This document shows, in pieces, positions 1 to 10,671 of a stretch of 55,241 bases of DNA (positions are counted from its first letter, which is position 1; each line of letters begins with the position of its first letter). Origin of the DNA: Catajapyx aquilonaris (Eukaryota). The stretch is taken from the NCBI GenBank assembly GCA_000934665.2, contig KZ538672.1, positions 1 through 55,241 of the forward strand, read 5' to 3'. The position numbers were made by a program, and so were the translations under genes. Under the pieces are notes generated by a model. It was not told the origin of the DNA, searched no databases, and saw only the letters and a list, made by a program, of their open reading frames with translations.

Positions 1-678
1 CCCCCCCCCCCCCTTCACTTGTCCGCGCGGATTATGGACGGCCCCTATAGATATCTATAAAATAGAAGCGATCTGGAAGGGATAAATTCCTTATTGAATA
101 TATTTTAGCATTTAACTATACTCTACAATTTATCGTGCCATAATATGATTTGTTTTCTACTTGCTAAAATTTACAGACGTCTCCAATAACTGAAACCCAC
201 GGTCATACATACTTAAACAGACCACAACCAAGCCACAACCCATGGTGGACCACAACTGACATCAGCATGTGTCCCTAAAACACATCTAACGCCATCTCTG
301 AACAGAAATTGAAATGGCATTACGCACTGTCAAAAAACCCCGCAAGAGGTCCTCTTGTCAGGCCTTTCCGCTCGGAACGTTCGTCATTTGTCAAGAGATC
401 AGTGCGGCCAAAAAAAGGTAAATTTTTTAAGTTTACTCGCATCACCTAAACGACCTAAACAATCCATCCACCTTGGTTGTGTTCAGTTCAAGATGGCGTC
501 AGGGTGTTTGCTGTTGCTCAAAGATAATATATGGGCTGCGCTGGGCTATGCTGTGTGCTCTGGATAACACTGCTGGTAACAATACAGGCAAGTGCTTCAA
601 ATGGTTTGGCAGAGTACGCTAGGTGGCCGACATTATTGTTGGGCGTTATTTACAGTACTGTATTCATCACATTGATAG

Positions 679-1043
679 TGTTTCTACTGTTTCATTGGCA
701 TTGAAGATTCACAAGAAAGGGTGTCACTTCAGGACTATTACAGAGCTAAAGCATTGAGTTGCGGAACTACACTTTACAAATCAACAATATTCACACCTTT
801 TTCTCTCAACCTGGGTGCAGCAATGCCCAGCAATGCGCTTGGAATTAGTGACTTGTATGGTGCCAGTGGAAATAAAGTTAATGATGGTTTTAACGGTTGC
901 AGGAAAGTGAATTGTGGGCATTTGTGCTGCCGCATGAAGCATGACCTGCAACAACCTCCAGTACTCCGTCCTAGTACACCTATCAAAAGCAGTCCAGAGA
1001 ACTACGTGCATCCTGGTGGGAGACGATTATATTACATAGGCTG
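679..1043 (+). other. Unidentified exon-like open frame
   Basis: About 121 open codons after ...gatag, ending at TG|gtaagt. Contains CRKVNCGHLCCR and YVHPGGRRLYYIGW. No family recognised. Confidence 0.3.
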
Positions 1044-1316
1044 GTAAGTACCGTCCACTCTCTTGTATGGTCAGCAGCAAAATATAGGTAGGTGTGAAAA
1101 AAACTATGGCAGTGCAAATGAACTGAAAATACAATATTTATATAAGAAGTATGGATGCCACAAGCTTTTGAGCAAGGCCTTGGTTAGGGTGTGCTAAATT
1201 ATGATCCCTGCCAGGATTTTTTTTCCCCTCTGACTGACACAATTTTTAGCACTGGAGTTATTCATATTCATTATAAGAATAGATGAAGAAGTGAAACGTA
1301 AGTTTTACCCTATCTG

Positions 1317-1962
1317 CGAGGGGCAGTCAGAAAGTAAGTTTCACGATGCTACAATTTTGATGCCATGCGATGGACCGGATAAAAACGAGCGTGGGCAGAT
1401 ACATTGATCCTTCCTCTACTTTATAGGACGGGTAGGTGCCTTCTTGCACCTTTTGCGCAGGCATGGCAGCCATCGGACGAGACCGAGTGGCAAGCATAGC
1501 GTACCTGCCCATATGCCTCCAGGAGAAGTCATACCAGACAGAGAGTGTTGGTCACATGGACTAAGACAAAAGCGAGGGCAGATTTCCGCTACCAGTGGTC
1601 AACATTTGACATATGACATATGACATTCATCGCCGGATAGTGGAGGTGTATGGTTTGGAGATGTCATGGTTGAGCAAACGGTGCGGCAATGTGGTGCCAG
1701 CAATTCCGGATAAGCTCGTGAGTGTGACGGACAACCAGAGACCTGGACTACCAGCCAGGGCAATTACTGACACTGTCCTCAAGTGACCTAACTTCTGCTT
1801 AGTCTGTGTGACCAACACTGTCTCTCTGCCATGACTTCTCCTGGCAACATATGGTTGGGCACGCTTGGCTCCCATGCTCTCTGCCCATGCTTGTCTTTAT
1901 CCGGTCCGTTGCATGGCGTCAAAACTGTAGCATCGTGAAACTTACTTTCCGACTGACCATCG
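1317..1962. mobile_element. Mariner-type MITE with long imperfect TIRs
   Basis: CGAGGGGCAGTCAGAAAGTAAGTTTCACGATGCTACA... is mirrored by ...TGTAGCATCGTGAAACTTACTTTCCGACTGACCATCG, followed by TA on the right. Confidence 0.8.
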
Positions 1963-2757
1963 TATTTGAGTATTTCAAAAGTCTGCATTTGAAATACCAA
2001 TTTTTGTGATTTTTTCCATATGAAAATCATGACACAAGGTGCTAGAAACATGGCATTTGGAAAAAAAAAAAGCAATGTTAGGAGGTACTCTATATTTAGA
2101 GTCACATTTTGTTCACTAAAACAGATATTTAATGAAATAAATGAATTTGCATCATTGGTTACACAGGTTTACACAAGGTAATGCAATGGGAGGATATTAT
2201 TTTGGACACATTGATATCATCACTTCCAGCTTTAATGAACAATTGGCATCACAAAAAATCAGTCACAATCTATCATTTCTTGACAAATTATAATAAATGT
2301 TTTGTAACATTCCTGGCTTCTGCCATCTTTCAAAAGTGAGAATTTGAAATGCAGCTTTTCGCAAAACCAGAATAGATGCAACAAACCTGAGTTTTGTTTT
2401 TCATGTATTATTTTTACAAAAAATAAAAATAAAAATTGAGGCTCTCTGAGGAAGAACGGCATATCCCAACCTGAGTTCGTTTTGAGAAAAGAGGCTTTTT
2501 GTGTTTTGCTTTACCATGCAGCTAAAACTACGGACAAATTTTACAAGTGGAATATGTGAGCTTTGACATGTCCCAATTCACTTGGTACTTCAGCACATGA
2601 AAGGTAGATGGAAGGAGAGTACAACAGGACTACAAACTCAAAATTGGAGGTCGATTGGGATATGCCGTTCTTCCTCTGAGCGCCTCAATTGTGGTAGATG
2701 GAGGAAAAAAGATTTCCAGGAGGCATCCTTTAAGCAAAGGAAAACGTTTGTATACTG

Positions 2758-3113
2758 CAGCGGTTTTCAAACTGGGGTACGCGTACCCCTGGGGGTACGC
2801 GAACACAATTTTGGGGGTACCCGATTTCGTGCAATGGCGTCCGTTGTCTGCATTTGTGGGGAAAAAATGGAAAAAAAATATGGGAAAAACAAACCTATCG
2901 ACTGCTTGAGACTCAAATTGACGTCACTTGTAGAGTACCAAACATTGACCACTTGTGCGCAAGCAAGCAACCAGACCCATCACACTAACTGGTAATTAGT
3001 GCTCACAATTACTACGTATTATAAATATTATATGGTAGGATGAAAATGGGGGTACAAACTGTCTTGACAAATTTAAAAAGGGGTACGCGGCGAAAAAAGT
3101 TTGGGAAACCCTG
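2758..3113. mobile_element. hAT-type MITE
   Basis: CAGCGGTTTTCAAACT / AGTTTGGGAAACCCTG termini with perfect 8-bp TSD GTATACTG. A partial relative lies near 25243-25330. Confidence 0.88.
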
Positions 3114-4766
3114 GTATACTGGATCCCTACAAGTGCAATGTCCATTATACTCTGAAAAATAAATATCTGGGAAAATCAACCTACACAAATGTGTCTCGGA
3201 TTGAATTTGATTTGTTCTTTTCATGACTGCTGTTACTCCCCATTGTCTTGACTTATGCCAGTCCACAATTACATTGTTTACCCAATGTGTAGTGTTTTCA
3301 AGTATTCAAGATCCATTTCCTTTATTGTGCTATTGTCAGGCACTTAAATTGCAGTTACACCAAGTTAACAATTGTGACACGTGGGATGTGTGTGACAGGG
3401 ATATTTGCCACTGAACAGGTTACAAGTGTTTATTTAGCTCGAGTACAGTTTTCTGAATCATCTTACATTGACTTGACTTGTATTGTTGGTCTTGGAAACA
3501 TTTTTGCCACTTCAAGGATGGATGACTACGCAGTTTCTTTTTAAATCAAAACTTGGAAAATACAAGGATAGACATGTCCAGCACTGTGACCAAAGCATCA
3601 ACTTCCCCATTATAAAATTTCGAACTTAATCCCAACCGAGGTGGTTGGATTGTTTACGTGATGAGTTAACTTGATAAGTGATACATTTTTCGAATTATCT
3701 AATCCCGTGGCAAGATGACAAAAAGAAAAGAAAATAGGAACTTCTAGCCCAGAGATCATTCAGAAACTTGAGAGTAGATAGAGTACAGCGTTATGTCAGA
3801 GTGTAGTGAATGCTGTCTTGCAGAATAGGTTGCTGAGTGATATGCATCTTTTAGAGAAAGTCACAGGTATGCATAACGTAACGTGACAATCTTTGGGGCA
3901 CGCAAGTGAAAATTCAGTAAATTCCACTATACAGGGTGAAGGGAAACTCACACCCAATCACCAGGTAGACTGATAGTACTCGCAAAACTAATATCTAGGG
4001 ATGTGCAATTAGTTTTGGGGACCATATAATATAATATCTTACCCCGTTATCAGCCATTTTTGGCTCTTTAGGGGGGATTTTTGTTTTGTCTGGAACTCTT
4101 GCTACATTTGCGCACCATTTGGCATCCTACATCCCCTCAATTTTACCATGCATTCACTTGGGGACACAGTGGTTAGGTTGTCATGTAACTCATAAGTAAT
4201 GTTTCACAAATGTGCTTGAATCAGTGTGCAGTCACAATGCGGTATAAATTATAGCAAGAGTGATGACATCATCATTGCCCAACACCTCCTTTCATGTCAT
4301 CTTTTGTTGTCAAGTCTCTACACACCCACTAAGTGGTGACATGTGCATTATGCCACTATGTTGATCAGTTAATTATGGTATTGTTTGTTTGATTAGGAAG
4401 GGACCAAAGCAACTATAGCTATCTGCTATATTTGCACACATCAGCCACTCTGTCCTATGGTATTGTTGATACAAGCTTTTCCTGTTACATATCAGATAAA
4501 CATCTGAAGGCATAATAATTGAATTGGGTTTAAATTACTTCTAACTATATCGAGCACAGCCAGTATTGCTCAGGGGAAAAAAGGCTGGGTATGAAGTGAT
4601 TGAAAGCCTTGCATTCAGTGGTCACAAACCACAAATTGTGTAATATACACCATAGTAAATATTGATGCTTCATATGCCCTGCTTTACCTTCCCTTGACCC
4701 TCTGGAACACAGATCACAAAATCTAACCTAACCTAACCTTTCTCAGTTACACTTCAATCACAACTA

Positions 4767-4977
4767 CGGGGTGTTTCAACTTTTTTGTCCGAACAGTTAT
4801 CGGAAATATTGCACTATAAGCTGCTACTTTGTAAGCAGTGACTTGCAACCGGTTTGGCGGAGGAATGGGAAATATTCCCTGTGAATCTTAGGTTGAAGTG
4901 GCATACACTGCTTACAAAGTAGCAGCTTAGTGCAATATTTCCGATAACTGTTCGGACAAAAAAGTTGAAACACCCTG
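4767..4977. mobile_element. Tc1/mariner-type MITE
   Basis: About 70-bp near-perfect TIRs C(A/G)GGGTGTTTCAAC..., flanked by TA. Confidence 0.88.
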
Positions 4978-5411
4978 TATATATGCACACCAATGTAAGG
5001 ATATTGTAGGAATGCCATTACACCACAATCCTCCCTCTGCCCCATTTGTGCTCACTTCTATAGTGTCCATCCATAACCCTTACATCACCCTCTCCCCCAC
5101 TGCTATGCAAAACAAAAGTATCATTGCTAGATGACAATAAATAGGGCTTTTAAGGCTATGGGTGTGAAGTGTTATTAGATAAAAGTAGACTAATTCATTA
5201 ATAACCCTCATGATCAAAATATTATAGTGTTAGCTTCAGCATGTTGAAATGTGGTCTAACAGGAACAATTTTTATTCAGCATAAGCCCTTCTTTTATGTG
5301 GGAGTGACCACGACTGATGAATCAATTAAATGTGCTATGGTAAAATTATTCAAATAAGAGCAAAGTAAAAGTAGGTACTGCAATTTTCTTGTTCTACCTT
5401 AAAATAGTGCC

Positions 5412-5434
5412 ATAATAATAATAATAATAATAAT

Positions 5435-5487
<53 letters not shown>

Positions 5488-6277
5488 CCATCACCATCAT
5501 CACCATCACGACATTTCCCTATAAGGGGTAGTCAGCGATGACGGGAGCCACAAGCTAACCCAAAATATGAACCAAATTAAAGCTTGTAAAAATCAACCTA
5601 TAAACCACCCATCCGGCCCCCACCCCTGCCCATCTCAGACGACAAACTNNNNNNNNNNNNNNNNNNNNNNNNNNNNNNNNNNNNNNNNNNNNNNNNNNNN
5701 NNNNNNNNNNNNNNNNNNNNNNNNNNNNNNNNNNNNCCCCCCCCCCCTGGAAGAGGAATCAGGAACTGTTAAATTCCTCCCAAGTTACTAGAATATTCTC
5801 CTCTAAACGACCAGAACACCCACAGGCCAGCGAGAAGAACCAGCATACAGAAATCCACACTCGAACTCCAAACGTGCTGTGCAGGACAGAAAGAGAGGCA
5901 GATACCCTTGCAAGCATGACTACTGGTGCCTACCTATGCATTACTGTGCAAGAGATATTAAAGTCAAACTTGTAGTTCTGCACAGCACCCAGAGCCCAAG
6001 TATGAACTTCCAGACGCCGACTCCTCCCACCAACCTGCAAACATTCTAGCCATTCGGAAGAATTCAATGGACACTGCCATTCCTCACAAACCCGCGAATA
6101 TTCTACCCATTAATTAACCTATGCCATTTACACCTATCCAAACAAACAACCTTAGCCTCAGCCACATCCATGGTCCTATTGACACATGAACGTCTCGACA
6201 CTAGCAACACCCTTAAGACACTGACCCACCTGGTCCAACCATGTCTTCCTAGGCCTACCCTTGCCCCTCTTACCAAA
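5412..6277 (-). mobile_element. RTE-type LINE 3' end (RT tail, 3' UTR, (GAT/TTA)n tail), spans an N gap
   Basis: Reverse complement of the 33822-34670 copy. Encodes [16 protein letters not shown]...CLDRCKWHRLING. Confidence 0.85.
5649..5736. other. Assembly gap (88 N)
   Basis: Run of N. Confidence 0.99.
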
Positions 6278-6322
<45 letters not shown>

Positions 6323-6360
6323 TGATGATGATGATCATGATGATGATGATGATGATAATG

Positions 6361-6415
<55 letters not shown>

Positions 6416-6453
6416 TGATGATGATGATCATGATGATGATGATGATGATAATG

Positions 6454-6505
<52 letters not shown>
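6278..6505. repeat. Compound (AAT)n/(GAT)n microsatellite with a 93-bp internal duplication
   Basis: Identical GAT/CAT-interrupted blocks start at 6321 and 6414. Confidence 0.95.
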
Positions 6506-6510
<5 letters not shown>

Positions 6511-6545
6511 AGAGCAATTGACATTGCACTGGTGGAGGGGTAGGG

Positions 6546-6769
6546 CAGTGGTTTCCAACTGGTGGGTCGCAGGGGGTCGCAAGCCTTGGTTCAGCTTTTT
6601 TTTGCAATTTCTGTGCCAATTGAACCATTTTTGCGGCCGTACAGAGTATATGTTTTCTGGAAAGGGGGCAGTTGTGGGAGGGGCCAGGGGAGGGGAGGAA
6701 GNGGGGGGGTCGCACATATATGGAAACATGTTTAGGGGGCCGCAGTTGGTAAAAGGTTGGAAACCACTG
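6546..6769. mobile_element. hAT-type MITE
   Basis: TIR CAGTGGTTTCCAAC. TSD GGGTAGGG/GGTTAGGG (7/8). Confidence 0.85.
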
Positions 6770-8152
6770 GGTTAGGGAAAAATATTAAATGTGAGTGACA
6801 CAATAAATGATGAATATACTTGTAGAATCATATGAATTAAATATTTAAAATTGAGCATTAAAATTGTGAAATTTTGCATTCACCTTTTGCAGTCTTTTTA
6901 GGCACATGTAACTATCAAAATATCAATGGGCTACCAGTTGAACATCAGGAATTTGAACTGTACAGGCGTGTGCAATTATTATTTGTGCGAAAGGTCCTAT
7001 TCATTGGACGCCCCAATGAATTGTATACCAAAATAATAAACGCTACAAGCCATTATGCTTTTCTTTGTGAATGCTTCACGAGTGACGAAACTGTTTTTCT
7101 TTTTTTCCGTGGCGTCTCCAGGAGAAGAAAGTCAATACCAGAGGGGAAACTTATGATTGAGTGGTCTCCAGAAATGTGCTGCATGCAGTTTTACATATGG
7201 CTTCCATTGAGTTGACACCACTCATTTTGCATTGAAGAAAGACTTTGGAAACTTTATGGAATCGATTTTTAAATATGGATATATGAAGTTTTCTTCCACG
7301 TCTTTGAAGTTATTCTTCATCTTTGATGGCGAGGGGAATGAATGTTTCGATAGTTCATTGCATGGTGAGGTGCCCCATGCCATGGTAATTTTTTATGTCA
7401 TGTGTGAACAAAAACATGACTAAATCAGTGAATTACTCCACTAATGTCAAAATCTGTGAACTTGATACCTTAGCGAAAGTCGGCCCAATGAAAGTTTATA
7501 CATCTTGCTGGGTGTTTTCAGAGGTATGGAGGGCAGGACTTGATGAATCCAGAAAGCCAGGTGACATCAGCTTGGGTTGACTCTAGTATAGCTCTTTGTG
7601 GTTGAGTGGTGTCAGCAGGGAGTGAGAGAGGGGCAGTTAATAGGGATTACGGATTACTTGGGTGGGATGGGTTAGTCAAAGCCTTTGACTTGGGCCTTGG
7701 ATCTGTTGGACCCGACCCTGGGGATACTGAAGTGCCTGCGCCCAACTCTGGGTGAGAGGTTAGCCCTCAGCACCCCGCCCATGCTCAAAAATCTGTGAAA
7801 TATTTGTCCCCCAGGCTGGACACAGGAATGCATTGGTCATTTAAAAAGGCCGTCCAGGAAAAGGCTGCATGGGTTTTCTGGGGTTTTGAAGTAGAGTTGC
7901 CAGACGCAAAAGGAACTGGGAATACCCCACAACCACGTTGAAAGAAAAATTCCCCACCTGGCTGCTTTACTTATCTTCATAGTAAACATCACGGCCGCTT
8001 GAACATAGGGACTGGGGAGGTGGGGAGGGGGCTGAAAGTTGGAAAACCCCACATAATCCCCGCAGTCTTTCCTTGGTTCCCCTTTACAATATGCTTTCTG
8101 TGGGAACCGAAATCACCAAAAACCAACTTTGTCTTGGAGTATCTGAAGGAAG

Positions 8153-8263
8153 CAGGGATGGAAAAAGAACCGCTTCTTTGGGCGGTAAGCGGTTCTTTTT
8201 CTATCCCTGCACATGGAAAAAAGAAGCGCTTCTTGGAAGGAAGCGGTACTTTTTCCATCCCTG
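8153..8263. mobile_element. 111-bp hAT-type MITE
   Basis: TIR CAGGGATGGAAAAAG with perfect 8-bp TSD GAAGGAAG. A related end lies near 48660-48687. Confidence 0.85.
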
Positions 8264-10271
8264 GAAGGAAGGTATATATCCGCGAGGAAGTGCGCACCTT
8301 TTGCATCAGTCTGGGCATTATTGTCATCACTTCGAAGTTGTGGTCCATTTGGAAAGGGCTTCCTTCTCTGACGTATTGCTGAATTTTATTTGATCCTATT
8401 TTGAGACCCGGTGTCAGTGCTGATGTATATCAGGCTTCTAGGATGTGAAGGAATAGATGCATGTACAAGTATTACAGTATCACCATGGAGGACATCAGTA
8501 CAGAAGCGTTACCATAGTAACTCTGCTTTTGATCCTTGTGCACAGTGCGTTCTTCATACGAAATCAAACGTTCCACATACTTTGACATTTAGACTTTCGC
8601 AATTAGCATGGAAAGACTATTAGAACGGGTTAATATCTCGATATGCGCATTAGAGCTTACGTCCTGGACCGCACAGCGACGGATACGCTGAGCTTGATTA
8701 CAAACAGCAAAGGTCGAGGATGTATGTCCCAATGGGCCATGACGTTCACAGGAACTGGAAACGGCCCACGTTGCGAAAGTTTTGTTGGTGATTTGGCTGC
8801 TTTTTACTCAGAGAAGTGGGCGTCGTTGGGTAGGCGGCGTAGTTAAAAATCTTTTGACGCAGGTGACTGCTCATGGCGCGATTTACCTGCACAGGGTAGG
8901 GTGAAGTATGCCAGTGTAACTGTATATTTGATTTTCAACCACGAGGGCCTTCAGAACATCTATGGAGTAAAAGGACATATGTGATTTCACCAAGGAAGTC
9001 ATCTTTTTGTCATTCTGTTGGTGGTTGGCGTCATCCGCAGGATGACCCCTCCATTACTTACCTGTGTAACATGCCATTATCTCCGTAATCGCTATAATAT
9101 CAACAGCGGTAATTTCGTCTTAGAATGTCTCAAGAAACCTAGGTCAGAGAGGAAGTGCGTACCTTTCCCACCACCCTGTACATACTGTAGAGATGCAGAT
9201 GTGTGAAGGACATGCTGATGTGTGATGTCCCATATTCCCGAAATAGGAACCTTTATAACGAAGTTGTGAAACCTGCATATATCGGAGTCCCTCCGTTATG
9301 CAAAAAATTCCGCAGTTGATAGGTCACAGGTGTTTGCTGTATTTGGCATTGGCAATACTAAACTATAGGTAAAATAATTTAAGGCGCATTACTGCATTAG
9401 CACGCATCCGTCATATTGGGTTCCACGTCCGTACGGTTTTCGAGTGACGAATTTGTGTTAGCCGCCGCCACCTTTCGACCGCGAGGGTGATTTTTCTCGC
9501 CCCCGTGCCGTATCCGCCCATTTTATGCCCTACTTCCGGTTAGCCGAATTTGTGAAGCCGCCTGAAATGCCTTAAATCCGTTATACCCCAAGATTTCTTT
9601 TAGGAGACCCTAAATTCCTGTCCATTTCCTCGGGAGACATGTCCCGCTATAACCGACAAATATATCTGGAAAGTACTATTTTGCTGGCAAGATTGGTTCC
9701 GCGGCCTTCTGCGGATAAGGAGAGCCTGTGATACTTTTGCAATACTTGCCATCCGCTTTGAGGTGGACTCCTCTACTTATCACAATTATTTTTATTTTGA
9801 AAGCGCACTTTTGCCCTTTTGCTCACATGGTCTACATAATTATGCCCTTTGAGGTGACTGCAGCATCCCATTCCAGCCACATGATCTGCAGTCAGCCACT
9901 AGGATCAGATCACGTGACCAAGCAAGGTGCCGCAGTTTACCCTAAGAGTTTACCTGGCAACATCTTTTCACCCTTAACGGAATAATCAGGGCCAAAGTCA
10001 CTTAAGCCAAAAATGGACACAACTTTTGCCGCAACCGTTGTTGTGTCCAAATCCTTTTGAGCAACTGCATCACATCGGCTTAATCTCGGTGACCATCGGC
10101 CACCTTTGAGCAGACCGTGTTTTGTAGGGATCTCCGGTGTCTCGGGACCTTGGATTGCCGGAGAGAGAGAGGGGGAGAGAGAGCGCTCTTTGGAGAGATA
10201 GCAAAAGGCCGTCTCTCCCTTTCTCCCCCCCTCCCCCCTATCCCGGTCCACAGACAAAGAGGCATTTTGGG

Positions 10272-10330
10272 CGGCGGCATGGGCTTTGATCAGGAGGCGC
10301 GGCGGCGGCGGTGGCGGCGGCGGCGGCGGC
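10272..10330. promoter_or_regulatory. Putative TCF/LEF Wnt-response element (HMG site plus helper-like sites)
   Basis: GCTTTGATC at 10283-10291, flanked by CGGCGGC (GCCGCCG on the - strand) at 10272-10278 and from 10300 onward. Confidence 0.45.
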
Positions 10331-10550
10331 GGGGAGGGCCGACATGGGATGGCAATGATCGCCGCCTACAGCACTTATTAAAAGTTGGACACACTTTGGA
10401 CCGGTCGGGTCACTGCCACATCGGTCACCCTGTATGTATGCTTTCGACATGGATGTAAACAATGCAGCTCTTTTTTTTGTTTGGTTTTTTTGATGGTACG
10501 GTGCTGGTGGTCAGCTGATTCGGACAGTTCACCTGTCAACTATTGGCACT

Positions 10551-10671
10551 ATGGCACAAAATAGCGAAAACGGTCAAAATGATGGTGTTGGCCACATGGG
10601 GGCGAACGGACACCGACCGCCCTACAAGAGTGGGCGAGCAGGCGGCGACGGGCCTGGTGGAGGAGGCGGGG
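10551..10671 (+). CDS. Candidate alternative first coding exon of Axin (MAQNSENGQNDG...RAGGDGPGGGGG)
   Basis: Strong Kozak context (cactATGG) in the CpG-rich region. Donor G|gtacgg is in phase 1, compatible with 24702 or 28956. Confidence 0.3.

Noticed and set aside
6103..6729. Poly-Y/H/N/D/I/M ORFs
   Set aside because: These are translations of the AAT/GAT microsatellite and adjacent TEs.
7040..7385. Minus-strand frame interrupted by TGA codons as a selenoprotein or readthrough gene
   Set aside because: No SECIS or selenoprotein motif was recognised and neighbouring stops include TAG/TAA. Decay or chance is more likely.
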